Origin: Octopus sinensis
Taxonomy: Eukaryota
Assembly: GCF_006345805.1 (NCBI RefSeq)
Contig: NC_043005.1
Span: forward strand, 24,986,001 to 25,050,000
Direction: 5' to 3'
DNA length: 64,000 nucleotides
The position numbers and the translations under genes were made by a program. Below the pieces are notes generated by a model. That model made no database searches, was not told the origin of the DNA, and saw nothing but the letters and a program-made list of their open reading frames with translations. Shown in pieces: positions 39,761 through 53,030 of this stretch (the stretch's first letter is position 1; each line of letters begins with the position of its first letter).

Positions 39761-40621
39761 AAGAGATAACTTGGACAGTGAATCTAATAAAAAAGTGGTT
39801 TTTAAGGTTTTAATAAATGGAAAATAATAGCAGACTTGAGATACCTGATTGATATATAGTAGAAATACGCTCCATAATTATTCAAAACCGCAAGACTGTG
39901 GCAAATATTGAACTAATAATACTAACAGACCTTATTTCAGAAGAAAAGACTGAGAAATAGGAATAAGATCTGTGTATCGTATGGTATCACTCAGAGTGCA
40001 TCTCCTAAAAACAAAAACAAAACAAAAAAACAGAGACTGAAATAAATGCATCAACGACAAAACGAAGCGGAAATCGTGTTGTAGATCTAGGAGCGAATTT
40101 CTCAAGGGACACCCACTTTTGGAAGAGTTTCTATGTAAGCTCAGAACTGCTGGTCATGCGTACCTCTACAATGTGACCTTGTGGAGAAACACTGAACAAA
40201 AAGAAATTGATGCATTGATGTTATCCCCAATATTGAGAATGATGCGGCTATCATCAGGAAGTGTAACCTCTTGGACTCGTGACCTTTACATCACAATTTG
40301 AAGCTTATGCTTTTGTTGCCTAAAAGCATGAGATAGTCACAAAACATGTCTTCGTGAAAAGGGTCAGTACAGCACTTAAAGACCTACCATGTGATGGAAA
40401 TTATCGATTATGTTGCATTACTGCAGATATCCTAAAATATTATTAAGGTATTACCTTCCAATGCGTTATATTGTTCCTAAAGCATAATCCGATGATATCG
40501 GTTGGAAAAACTGATTTGTGATAAATTTAGAGATATTTGTGATATTGACTATATCCATACGCTTCAGCGTAAGTTATGAGTGTAGAACGGGGTCTATTAC
40601 ACGTGTGTAATAGGCCGTGTA

Positions 40622-41006
40622 TTCTTTTATTCTTTTATTTGTTTCAGTCATTTGAATGCGGCCATGCTGGAGTACCGCCTTTAGTTGAACATACTGACCC
40701 CAGGACTTATTCTTTGTAAGTCTAGTACTTACTCTATCGGCCTACTTTGCCGAACCGCTACGTTACGGGGACGTAAGCACACCAACATCGGTTGCCAAGC
40801 GATAGGGGCGGGCAAACACAGACACACAAACACACACACACATATATACGACGGGCTTCTTTCAGTTTCCGTCTACCAAATCCATTCACAAGGCTTTGGT
40901 CGGCCTGAGGCAATAGTAGAAGACACCTGCTCAAAGTGCCACGCAGTGGGACTGAACCCGGAACCATGTGGTTGGTAAGCAAGCTACTCACTACACAGTC
41001 ACTCCT
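40622..41006 (-). mobile_element. SINE family A, full length
   Basis: Reverse complement of A consensus. Confidence 0.9.
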
Positions 41007-41583
41007 GGTTGTTTAAAATACAAAAGAAAAAATATATGAAGGTACAGAGGTCACCTATCCTACAGGTATATTTATTTTTCTCAGTAAGTGAGAAATAGAT
41101 TTTCGAGTATTTGAGCTTACATATTCTATCTCTTCTTTCCGGATAATAGCTAAATATTTGAACCGATAATCATTAGTGAACTTTGTCCTGTTGCTAAATA
41201 TTCAAATATTAATCTCGAATACCTGGTAGGGTTTCACATAAAGAACGGGATGTAGAAACGAACAGTTTACAAATTTCGTTTGTTTGTGGAGCAGCGAAAA
41301 TATACGGGTTTTTTCTAAAGTTCAACATGTTTACTGTTCGTTGTTTTGTTGACTAAAGTTTAGCTGTGGGGCTTTGTTGCCCAGCTCTTTCTGTATTGGT
41401 TGAATTCAAAAAATTCAAAAAGATATTATACATATATGTACGTATATCCAGTGGCGGACTGGGTCTAAAAATATTGGTGAGTGGATTTGGCTGGATTTGG
41501 GCAAGTGTCTTCTACTATAGCCTCGGGCCGACCCAAAAACCTTGTGAGTGGATTTGGTAGACGGAAACTGAAAGAAGCCCGTC

Positions 41584-41618
<35 letters not shown>

Positions 41619-41621
<3 letters not shown>

Positions 41622-42004
41622 AAGCACTCTGTCAGTTACGACGACGAGGGTTCCGTTTGATCCGAATCAACGGAACAGCCTGCTCGTGAAATTAGCGTGT
41701 AAGTGGCTGAGCACTCCACAGACACGTGTACCCTTAACGTAGTTCTCGGGGATATTCAGCGTGACACAGAGAGTGACAAGGCCGGCCCTTTGAAATACAG
41801 GTACAACAGAAACAGGATGTAAGAGTGAGAGAAAGTTGTGGTGAAAGAGTACAGCAGGGATCACCACCATCCCCTGCCGGAGCCTCGTGGAGCTTTTAGG
41901 TGTTTTCGCTCAATAAACACTCACAATGCCCGGTCTGGGAATCGAAACCGCGATCCTATGACTGCGAGTCCGCTGCCCTAACCACTGGGCCATTGCGCCT
42001 CCAC
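41619..42004 (-). mobile_element. tRNA-headed SINE family C (tail type 2), nested
   Basis: Minus: GTGGAGGCGCAATGGCCCAGTGGTTAGGGCAGCGGACTCGCAGTC...GGTTTCGATTCCC; tail shared with 58824-59143. Confidence 0.9.
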
Positions 42005-42077
42005 ACACACACACATATATATATATACATATATATATATAATATATACACATATAATAGATACATAATATATATAC

Positions 42078-42114
<37 letters not shown>

Positions 42115-42159
42115 ATATATACCATATATAGATATAATATATATATACATATATATATA

Positions 42160-42238
<79 letters not shown>

Positions 42239-42244
42239 AATATA

Positions 42245-42278
<34 letters not shown>

Positions 42279-42567
42279 GATATATATATATTATTATATA
42301 TATATACATACATATATATACATATATATATGTATGTATATATATATAATATATATACATATATATATATATTATATATATAATATATATATTATATATA
42401 TACATATATATATGTATATATATGTATGTATATATATATATATACACATATATATATATACATATATATATATATAATATAATACATATATATATATATA
42501 TATATTATACAATATATATATATCTATATAGATATACTACATTATATATATATATATATATATATAT

Positions 42568-42636
<69 letters not shown>

Positions 42637-42638
42637 GA

Positions 42639-42689
<51 letters not shown>

Positions 42690-42760
42690 TATATATATAT
42701 ATATATATATACATACATATATACATATATATATGTATGTAATATATATATCTGTATGTA
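42005..42760. repeat. Long imperfect (TA)n microsatellite
   Basis: Seen directly. Confidence 0.95.
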
Positions 42761-44577
42761 TGTATGTATAGGCTTGTGTGTCTGTGTTTGTCCTCCCACC
42801 TCGCTTGACAGCTGATGTTGGTGCGTTTACGTCTCCGTAACGTAGCGGTTCGGCAAAAGAGACCGATAGAATAAGTACTAGGCTTACAAAGAATAAGTTC
42901 TGCGATCGATTTGCTCAACTAAAGGTGATGCTCCAGCATGGCCGCAGTCAAATGATTGAAACAAATAAAAGAATATATATATATATTGTATATGCATATA
43001 TATATATATACAAACACGCACATATATTCACACATACATATGTATACACCTACACTCACACATCCACACACACACAAACATGTACATACATTCATAGCCA
43101 CCAACACACGTATGTCTGTATGATTGTGCTTGTTTTGTGTGTACGCAGTGAGATGCATGTGCATATGTAGTTATGTATGTGTGCGTGTGTGTGTATTTGT
43201 TTGTGTGTGTTTGTGTGTGTGTGAGTGTGTATATGCGTGTGTATGTGTGTGTGTTTGTGAGTGACTGAATGAAGAAGTATTCAAATTTGTAATTCACTTA
43301 ATCCGATTATAAACTCTAGTCAATAAATCTGAGCTGTTAAATATGTTACCCAACTCCTACAGCTATAGAAGCCGTCGTACATTTGATCATCAAACATCTT
43401 TAACCAGAGATTAGGTTTCGAATTTTGTTGAAAAGCGTGCATAGAAAACAAGACATTTCAATCACATTCATTCGTTCTGTTTCGTACATCGAGGTCTCTA
43501 TCGGCCAGCGTGTCTGTCTTTTTTTGAGGCTCAAGAATGAGATTTGAGGGTATCTGGCTGCCTTTTCTAGTAACTCGAGTGACCACGTCCTACAATAATA
43601 GCCAAAGTGGCTGAGAGTATGGGATGTGAAGGGGGGAAGATATGGAGGAAAATGGAAGGAAAATGAAAGACAGGATTTGATTGGATAGATAGATAGATAG
43701 ATAGATAGATAGAGAGAGAGATACATAGCAAGATAGATAAATAGATATATTGATAAATAGATAGATTGATAAATAGATAGATGGGTCGATGGCTAGATAA
43801 ATAGATAGAAAGATAAATAAATTGTTAGATAAATAGATAGATAAATAGATAGAGAAGGAATAAAGAGAAGCGGTGAGAAGAGAGAGTATGTACCCGGTTA
43901 CAGCGCTTGTATCAATTGAATCCGATTATTACAAATGGTTTAGTGGATGTGTGGCGAGAAGATGTGGAGACAAACACAAGATTGAAACCAACTGCATTGT
44001 ATCTGCTGCAAATGCACATCTGCGATTAATGTACATATTCTTTACCCAATCCTTATTTTATTGCATGTCAGCTTACTGCACCCGCAAAATTAACTTTAAA
44101 TCTGATTCTTAAATCACGCCAACTCGTTAACTTTGCTGACTATCTCCTTCAGAGTAAGACGGTGAATGATGATCGTGGTGGTGGTTGTTGGTGGTGCTGG
44201 CGGTAATTTGGTATGGAATACCAGACTTCAGTAAATTTTGGCTCCAACGGAGCGGTATCAACTTTAATCTATGACAAATGTAATCTGTGATGTTGATCAA
44301 GGCAGCTTACAGTCACTGTTGATCATCCATCAAATGTATAGATGCGAAAGCGTAAAATCATTTGTTTCTCTCGGTCACTACGTTCAGCTTTCAACGATCC
44401 AGTCTTTCCAGCTGTAGAAAGATACCACGTTGTGGAATGGTTCAAAACTGCAAGAAAGCGTGCCGTAGCTCTTAGGTGGTTCAGGGGTCCTGATGAAAGC
44501 GCTAAATCTGATTCAGTTTTCAATTTATGAATTGCATCACGATTATAACCCAGGGTATATTAAAAAATTAATGAATA

Positions 44578-44975
44578 GGCGTAGGAGTGGCTGTGTGGTA
44601 AGTAGCTTGCTTACGAACCACATGGTCCGGGTTCAGTACCACAGCGTGGTACCTTGGGCAAGTGTCTTCTACTATAGCCTCGGGCCGACCAAAGTCTTGT
44701 GAGTGGATTTGGTAGACGGAAACTGAAAGAAGCTCGTCATATATATGCATATATGTGTGTGTGTGTATAAGTTTGTGTGTCTGTGTTTGTCCCTCCAAAC
44801 ATCGCTTGACAACCGATGCTGGTGTGTTTACGTCCCCGTAACTTAGCAGTTCAGCAAAAGCGAACGACAGATTAAGTACTAGGCTTACAAAGAATAAGTC
44901 CTGGGGTCGATTTGCTCGACTAAAGGTGGTACTCCAGCATGGCCACAGTCAAATGACTGAAACGAGTAAAAGAGT
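44578..44975 (+). mobile_element. SINE family A, full length, near consensus
   Basis: GGCGTAGGAGTGGCTGTGTGGTAAG...ACCTTGGGCAAGTGTC (CORE-like)...GACTGAAAC-GAGTAAAAGAG. Confidence 0.9.
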
Positions 44976-44999
44976 AGAAGATGCTAAAGAATGATTTAC

Positions 45000-45166
45000 A
45001 AGCCTAGGGGCTGGCATGGCCATGATGTTAAGAAGTTTGTTTCGCAACCCCTTGTTTTCAGGTTCGATCCTATTGCTGGGCACCTTGGGCAAGTGTCATT
45101 TACTATCGCTCTGGGTTTAACAATGCCCTGAATTTAATTTCGTAGATGGAAACTGTGTGAAAGCCT

Positions 45167-45215
<49 letters not shown>

Positions 45216-45460
45216 ATATATTATATGTGTGTGTGTGTGTGTGTTGTGTGTGTGTGTGTGTATCTTTGTGTTAATTCCCACACTGCTTGCCAACCGGTAT
45301 TGGTTTGTTTACATCTCCGTTACTTAGCAACTCGGCGAAAGAGCTGGAAAGATTAAATGTTAACCTTAAAAAGAATAATTATTAGAGTCAATTTACCCGA
45401 CTAAACACTTTAAAGGTGGTGCCCTACCATGACTGGATTTCAAAGATTAAAACAGGCAAA
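45000..45460 (+). mobile_element. SINE family A, old diverged copy
   Basis: Degenerate match to A. Confidence 0.65.
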
Positions 45461-45620
45461 AAAAAACCAAACAAACAAAAAAAGCAGGAAAGGAAAATAA
45501 CATAAATAGCTCAAAGCCAGACATTTTGAGGGAGAAGTAGACTTGAGATTAAAACGCTCCTTATTTTTTTTTTTATTCATCTGGGATGGATGAAAGTCAA
45601 ATCAGACTCCAGGAAAAGAT

Positions 45621-45720
45621 NNNNNNNNNNNNNNNNNNNNNNNNNNNNNNNNNNNNNNNNNNNNNNNNNNNNNNNNNNNNNNNNNNNNNNNNNNNNNNNN
45701 NNNNNNNNNNNNNNNNNNNN
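45621..45720. other. Assembly gap (100 N)
   Basis: Seen directly; true size unknown. Confidence 1.
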
Positions 45721-45975
45721 CGCACTGGGGTCGATATAATCGACTTAATCTGTTTGTCTGTCCTTGTTTGTCCTCTCTGTGTTTAGCCCCTTGTGGGTAG
45801 TAAAGAAATAGGTATTTCGTCTGTCTTTACGTTCTGAGTTCAAATTCCGCCGAGGTCGACTTTGCCTTTCATCCTTTCGGGGCCGATAAATTAAGTACCA
45901 GTCGCGTACTTGGGTCGATTTAATCGACTGGCTACCTCCATCAACATTTCGGGACTTGTACCTAGAGCAGAAAAG
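45721..45975 (+). mobile_element. SINE family B multimer end abutting the gap
   Basis: Same linker (TTTGTCTGTCCTTGTTTGTCCTCTCTGTGTTTAGCCCCTTGTGGG) as 21377-21994. Confidence 0.85.
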
Positions 45976-46299
45976 AAAAGAATAAGGTGTATTGTTGTTA
46001 AATGCACTCACCAGTATATTCTGGATCTGGTTGTCGTTCTTGTGTTTCATGTCAGCCCCAGTTAAGCTGTCTTATGATCTAAAGCAGAGATTATCTCGGA
46101 CAATCTTATGTAACGTGCATGTTACTATGCCTTTCTGTTAGTGAATATTTGAATGAGAATTGGCTGCTATTTCAAGAAAAGGATAACTTAGGTATTGGAA
46201 CTGCTTGAGTTAATTGGTATTTTCTGCAAGTAATGACTTACTCATTGCCAGAATCTTCTGAAACATTGTTTACTTTCGACACCTATCGCAATAAACAGT

Positions 46300-46660
46300 G
46301 TGACTTCAGCACCCACACTCAAGGCTTGCAGGAGATTGAAGCACATCCCTCTCACCACACATTCTGCCTTTGTCGCTGTCGGTAGTGTTGTCAATTCTGC
46401 AGTTCACAAAATTGGTCCTTAACGCTCCTTCTTGAGCTGCGCATATGAGAATTTCTGTTTCTATCCTCAGGTCACTCCTCCTCATCCATAGCCACCAGTC
46501 TTCTGTATCTGTCTTGGCGTTTGTATGTCTTGCAAACTGACCGTACATTTTTACTCCTTCCATGTCGTTTCCTTTTTTATGTTCATTTCTTCTTGAAATT
46601 TTACTTCTTTACACAATTCTCAGTTTTGATGACGCCGATATTTTCGCATGTTTCAACAAT
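46300..46660 (-). mobile_element. Dong/R4-type LINE fragment adjacent to (TAA)n
   Basis: MYGQF..WLWMRRSDLRIETEILICAAQEGALRTN..CRID...RMCGE. Confidence 0.75.
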
Positions 46661-46725
46661 GGATTTATTATTATTATTGTTATTATTATTATTATTATAT
46701 GATTATTATTATTATTATTATTATC

Positions 46726-46792
<67 letters not shown>

Positions 46793-46817
46793 TTTATTAT
46801 TATTATTATCATCATCA

Positions 46818-46875
<58 letters not shown>

Positions 46876-46876
<1 letters not shown>

Positions 46877-48378
46877 TTTCCTTCTTTCTTCGAATTTTCT
46901 TTCGTTTCTCGCCGAGTGTTTTCCGTACCCCTAGGGCAGAGAAGCTCATGGTAACCATTCTCAGATTACACACGCAAATTAACAGGTAAAATATGTATTT
47001 GAAAAACTAATAAATAAATTCATTAATGGATGTTGTTTTCACAGCGATAATGTTCTCAGTACATGAGTCGTTCCAGTTTATATGATTTTTTCTCTTCCTG
47101 TAGGGATGGTAAGTCTGGTATCATTTTCAAATAGGTTTCAGTACCTTTTTTTTATCATTCCTAGAGATCCTACAATCACTGGTACTGCAGATGCCACATT
47201 TTTCAATTTCTATTAGCAAGTCTTTATATTTACTGATCTTGTCAAATTCTTCCGCTGCTATATTGTGATCGCAAGGAATACTCATGTCAATTAATAAACA
47301 CATCTTTTTTATCAGATCTTTTATAATAATATCCGATTTATTAGCTTTTATAGTTTTGTCGGTATGTACGGTGAGGTCCTATAGAATCGACACATTTTCT
47401 CCCTCAGTCACAGCTTCAGGATGGTATTTATACCATTTGTCAGCGGTTTCGATTTTATAATGCCGACATATTGTCCAGTGTAAATACTGACCGATTCTGT
47501 CATGTCTTGATTTATATTCCACAGGTGCTAAGACTCTACACTCTGAGATTAGGTGATCTATTGTTTCAATCTCATCGTTACAGAATCGGCATTTTGGGTC
47601 AGCTCTATTTTTTATCACATTAGCTTGGTAGTTCCGCATTAATAAGCTTTGGTCTTGAACAGCTAATATGAAACCTTCACTCTCTGCTTTTAGCCATGGG
47701 CTTCGTAACCATTGGTGCGTGTGTTTCTGGTCGACATCATCTTGTTTGCTAAGGGTCACATACTTGCCATGCAGAGATTTCTGTTCTCATCTGCTAGCTA
47801 ATTTTTCATGTGCTTTAGTCTTTGCAATTAATTTTATTTTCTTTGCAGCAGGAGTTGGCGCATTTCCTTCAGCCTGATGAAACTGGTAGGTATCTAAGAG
47901 ATCAGTAGCGAATCTTTTTGCTCTCTTTCAGAATATTTATTTTAAAAATTTTATCTAGTTTCAGCTGTGGCCATGCTGGGGCACCGCCAATAGAGTGAAG
48001 TTTTTTTTAGGTCTTTCTTGTTTTTCAACAAGATTTAGCATCCAATTGTTAGTTGCTTCAAGGTATTTGGCCAGTCTGATTGTGGTGGTGGTTTTGTACG
48101 TAAGTTCAAGCTGGATCAAACCTCGATATCTTTGAGCTCTGGGAAGGTAAAGACGATCCACGTCTGACTTTGGATGGTGCATCTTATTACAAGTCAGTAG
48201 CTTGCTGATTTTTCTGTCAATTTCCATTATTTCATTGGAATTTCAGTTAAGCACGTTGAAGCTATAAAGAACAACTGGTACTGCTAAGGAATTTATGGCT
48301 AACCCCTTATTATATGCATTCAGCTCAGACTTCAGGACTGCTCGAACTCTTCTATAACATTCCTCCCTAACATCTTTC
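46876..48378 (-). mobile_element. 5'-truncated Dong/R4-type RLE LINE (C-terminal ~1.5 kb) ending in (TAA)n
   Basis: HHPKSDVDRLYLPR, CRFCNDEIETIDHLISEC (CCHC), RHD, ANKSDIIIKD..LIDMSIP (PD-(D/E)xK nuclease); short SINE A tail inserted at ~47935-47990. Confidence 0.9.
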
Positions 48379-48385
48379 ATGCTTG

Positions 48386-48419
<34 letters not shown>

Positions 48420-48470
48420 GTCCTCCTCCTCCCTTCCTCCTTCTCCTCCTCCTCCTCCTCCTCATCATCA

Positions 48471-48885
48471 TCTCTATATCTATAAACGGCAAAGTGTATG
48501 TGTATCTGTGTGTCTAGGTGTCCGTTATACAAATCCAGTTTTTCATGTAAAAGGCTCGCATTTTCTGTGGGCTTTCAAAATTGAGAGTGTCTGAGGGTGG
48601 TCGTGAAGATCTTTTCATTTCCCCAGTCACCCCTGAAAGCCATTAAAAAAATTGATAAACCGACCCCTTATGCCCATAAGTTATGGGCATATGGGCATTG
48701 CCGAAGTCCAATGAATATTAATTACTCTCATAAAAAGCTCCAACTAGCTCATAAAAACAAAACTGGCTTGGGTTGAAATGTGATAAGAAACTTAGCTCTT
48801 GATTTAATGAGAAATTTTTACTGCGACCCGTCAACGAACAACAAGCACTAGCACTAGACCCGGCAACGCCGGGTCATAGTGCTAG
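48471..48885 (+). mobile_element. Non-autonomous Helitron
   Basis: Starts A|TC; 3' hairpin GACCCGGC-AAC-GCCGGGTC followed by ATAGTG-CTAG. Confidence 0.8.
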
Positions 48886-48901
48886 GTATTATTATTATCA
48901 T

Positions 48902-49092
48902 TGCCTTTGCACAGCTTCTAACGCTGGAGGCGTATTACAGTGTCAGCTGTTCACTACCGATGAACTAAGGTAACACCTCTTATTTTTCGTGCACCTTCCG
49001 GAGTCTGCGAGCGGTTCCAAGCTGTGAAGTTTTCTGCAAGTGCTCCACCTTTATCGCGGCCCTATTTGTTCCATGTACTTCTCAAAATTTGT
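48902..49092 (-). mobile_element. Dong/R4-type 3' end, same family as 25842-26152, followed by (TAA)n
   Basis: DNA match to 25975-26152. Confidence 0.8.
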
Positions 49093-49094
49093 AC

Positions 49095-49135
<41 letters not shown>

Positions 49136-49218
49136 GTAGTAGTAGTAGTATCATCATCATCATCATCATTATTATTATTGTTATTATTGTTATTATTATT
49201 AATATTATTATTATTATA

Positions 49219-49250
<32 letters not shown>

Positions 49251-49316
49251 AAAAATTTTTTTTATTATTATTATTGTTATTATTTTTATTATTATCATTA
49301 TCATTATTATTATTGA

Positions 49317-49374
<58 letters not shown>

Positions 49375-49391
49375 TATTATTATCATCATCA

Positions 49392-49426
<35 letters not shown>

Positions 49427-49642
49427 ATCATTATAATTATTATTATACATACATACATACATACATATAGTATATGTAATATATATTTTCATATAAGTAT
49501 TTATGTACGTACGTGTGGACGTGATGTCATCGTTCTCACCGGTTTGACAACTGAAATTGGTCAGTAACTTAGCGGTTCAGAAAACGATGACGTTAGAATA
49601 AATACCAGACTTATGATAAGTACCGACTAGTCCTACAAGGTG

Positions 49643-50453
49643 TGGAGGCACATGGCCTAGTAGTTAGAGCAGCGTACTCGACGTCGAAGAATCGCAGTTT
49701 CGAATCTTAGACCGGGCGATGTGTGTATTTACGAGCGAAACTCCTAAGCTCCACGCGGCTCCGGCAGATGGTAATGGCGAACTTCTGTTGACTCTTTCGC
49801 CACATCTTTCTCTCACTCTTTCCTCCTGCATCTAGGAGGTCACCTGCGACGAACCAGTGTCCCGTCCAGGCGGGGACCCTATACGCCAATGAAATCGGGA
49901 AACCGGCCCTTTTGAACCGGGCATGGCTCGAGAAAGAACAAACAAGAGCAACAACAGTGGAGGCGCAATGGCCCAGTGGTTAGGGCAGCGGACTCGCGGT
50001 CGTAAGAACGCGGTTTGAATTCCCAGACAGGGCAAAAACACCGTAGCTCCACGAGGCTCCTGCGAGGGGAGGGGGCGTGAACCCCGCCGTACTCTTTCAC
50101 CACAACTTTCTCTCACTCTTTTTTCCTACTTCTCCCACAAAGCGGAGGAACCATGGTGTAACCCACTATGGTGTGGTAAACTTTCAGACCCTAGTCTAGA
50201 TTGCGAATCCTCTGTACCCCAGGATGGTTCAGCTCTCCACCCGTTAAAAGCCACCGTTTACAGAATGAGGATAACAACGTAACTTTCGCGCCCGTGCGTG
50301 CGATTGCCAGTCTATCGCGTGTGGTGGGTGGATCTCCAAGTTGCCACACGCATTCTTAGTAGCTTAGAGTAGGCTCGAATTAGAGATTATTCTTTGTGGC
50401 TAATGGCGTGAGTCCTGATTGAAGCAGAAGCAGAAGAAGACAGCAACAACAGC
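49643..50453 (+). mobile_element. Head-to-tail pair of family C SINEs (tail types 3 and 4) inside a family A tail, bounded by one 11-bp TSD
   Basis: Heads at 49643 and 49958; CCTACAAGGTG at 49632-49642 and 50454-50464; A tail resumes after 50464. Confidence 0.85.
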
Positions 50454-51539
50454 CCTACAAGGTGGTGTTGTAATATGACCGCAGTCATATGACTGAGACA
50501 AGTAAAAGATGAAAGCAGTTATAAGTATCTTGATAAAACACGATCCCGAAATGGCCGGAATCAACGCCAGTTATTCCTTCTCTCAGCTTTGTAAGATTTG
50601 ATTACTTGAACATTCAGACCAGACTCGTTTACTGATTGCTGATATTACATAAATCTGTTGGTGATGACAGATGTATACAGTATTAAAAACAATGTATGCA
50701 ATGCAAAATTAATGTAAAATAAACGTGCTTTTTTATTTAAACTGACATTTACAACATGGATATAATATTAGGATAAGCTTTTCAGAATCTCGTGAAAGGC
50801 TGAGACGAAGATAAAATGTGAATGTAAATTGTATATTCATAATTTTGTTATGCTAAACAGGTTATTGAAATATTGAATAATCGTCGTTTATCAAGAAAAA
50901 AGAAAAGATTTTATTAAAAACAAAATGGAAAACTTGAATGTATAACGTTTGACAAAGATATAAGTATTAAACAAAAGTCCAATAAAATCGTAGTAGTTGA
51001 ACTGGGAGAAAGTGTGTGTGTGTGTATGTGTTTATATGTGTGTGTATGCAAGGGAGAGAGAGAGGGGGGGAGGGGGGACAGAAGAGAAAGTGTTAGCGAA
51101 AAGAGACGGTAAACTGAGAATTCATGACAGCGGATATTTAACAGAAGGGGAGTGGAAAGAGGGGAAAGAAGAGAGCTAGATTGAGAGAGCGGAAAAGAAA
51201 TAAATGTAAAAGGAAAGGAAAGGAAAGAAAGACGAGATAGTTAGACTTATAACACTTTAGATGTGTCATAGTATGGTGTAGCTGACGTTCGGTCAAGAGA
51301 GATGCAATTACGAGGAGAAGGAGGAGGAGGAGAGAAACAATAAACGTGGTTTTATAAGACACCAAACTAGAAGAAGACCAAAGGAATAATTGATAGCAGA
51401 ACAAGGAGAAGTATCTCAGGGAGGAGTGAGAGGGACTAGAGAGAGGAGGAGTGGGAGACATTAGACAGATGTACTTCTATTTTATGTGTTGCTTATAAAT
51501 TCAGAATTACAAGAAGATATTCAATATAAGATTTGAAGA

Positions 51540-52000
51540 ACGGCGGCGGCGTAACTGTGCGGTTAAGAAGCTCACTTTGCAGCGAAGTAGTTTCAGGTTC
51601 AATCCAAATGCGCGGCATCTCCGGTAAATGTCTTTTTAAAACCTGACCGACAAACGTCTTGCGAATACATTTGGTAGATGGAAACCCCGTGGAAGCCCAC
51701 CGTGTATATATAAATTTATATATATAAATATATATGTATGTATATTTTTGTACATACATATATGTATACATGTATGTATGTATTTATATTTTTTTATTTG
51801 TTTCAGTCATATTGACTGTGTCCATGTTGGAGCACCCCACCTTTTAGTTGAACGAACCAACTCCAGGGCTTATTCTCTGTAAACCTAGTATTTACTCTAT
51901 CGGTCTTTTTTGCCGAACCGCTAAGTTGCTAAGTTACTGGGACATAAACGCATCAAGTGATGGTGATGCGGACAAACACAGACACACAAAAATGTACATA
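51540..52000. mobile_element. Family A head (plus, 51540-51710) and family A tail (minus, 51795-52000)
   Basis: Similarity to A consensus in opposite orientations. Confidence 0.65.
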
Positions 52001-52333
52001 TATACATATATATACAGACGCATATGTATATATATATATATATAAATATATATAATAACAAAGGGTAAAATTAATTAATTGAGAAGTAATCAATAATTTC
52101 ACCAAGTAGATTTCGGCATGAAAAAGACAATTTTATGGTAAGCTTAAGTAATACTTTATAATTAGGGTTCAGCAAAGATTTGCTTTACCACATACCGAAG
52201 TTTAGAAATAGCAGTCAACAAACCTTAGCTATTTCTTCTACTTTAAAAGGGACTCTCAGAAAGACCAAAGTACTTGAAAACAATCTACGCAGGCAAAGAG
52301 GAAAAATATCGAAAATCAATCCATATTTCGTTA

Positions 52334-52418
52334 CCCATGTACGCGCGTTTCGGAATTAGATCGGTATAAAGAATATAGAATTATACTTTACCCAACCATT
52401 TTCGTTCATCAGCATGGG
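52334..52418 (-). ncRNA. Minimal type I hammerhead ribozyme in a (TA)n-flanked cassette 52058-52468
   Basis: Minus: CCCATG-CTGATGA-..long imperfect helix II..-GAAAC-GCGC-GTA-CATGGG; perfect 6-bp helix I, palindrome ACGCGCGT. Confidence 0.75.
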
Positions 52419-52465
52419 ATTCCAACAATATTAAATATTAAATATTAAATTCGAATTAATATTTA

Positions 52466-52520
<55 letters not shown>

Positions 52521-52692
52521 GGATGAATGAATTATCCTTTGTTTACCGTTAACATGGAAGATTCAATAACCAGTTACCAGGGTAGCAAAATTCACGCAAC
52601 TACAAGGTAGAAACTCCGGGTTAATGTGCAGAAATTTGTATAGTATAATTAAATAAATGGAGTTGAACGCAGATGTTATTCAAATTCTTTTA

Positions 52693-52778
52693 CTTTCGAC
52701 ATATGTTTCGAAGATAACATTGGTTATATTCCAAAGGAATAAATTGTGTAAAATAATGCAATCTGCTCATCAGGAAAG
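52693..52778 (-). ncRNA. Minimal type I hammerhead ribozyme (intact core)
   Basis: Minus: CTTTC-CTGATGA-GCAGAT..ATCTTC-GAAAC-ATAT-GTC-GAAAG; palindrome ACATATGT, GUC triplet. Confidence 0.85.
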
Positions 52779-53030
52779 AAAGAGAACCTATCTCAACAAC
52801 AAGACATTATAACAGTTTTGATGACTGCATAAATGATAAACAGAACGCTATTAAGTATTTAAAAAGACCGTTAGTAGATCCAACGTCAAAGGTAGACACT
52901 AGGAAGAGAAGGGGTAAAGAAATAATAAGTAGAGAACAAATAAAGAGGGATATATTGGTTAAAAAAATTGTTTAAAGGTTTGGAAGTAGATTTTTCTTAT
53001 AATGTCTTGTTGTTGAGATAGGTTCTCTTT

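Larger units (their letters stand above)
41495..42972 (+). mobile_element. SINE family A (5'-truncated) interrupted by a family C SINE and a ~750-bp (TA)n expansion
   Basis: A body 41495-41586, A tail 42770-42972. Confidence 0.8.

Noticed and set aside
41930-42004. tRNA-like sequences (also ~11540-11609, 49643, 49958, 59070-59143)
   Set aside because: They are SINE heads: they continue into a shared SINE body and lack a proper acceptor stem and terminator.
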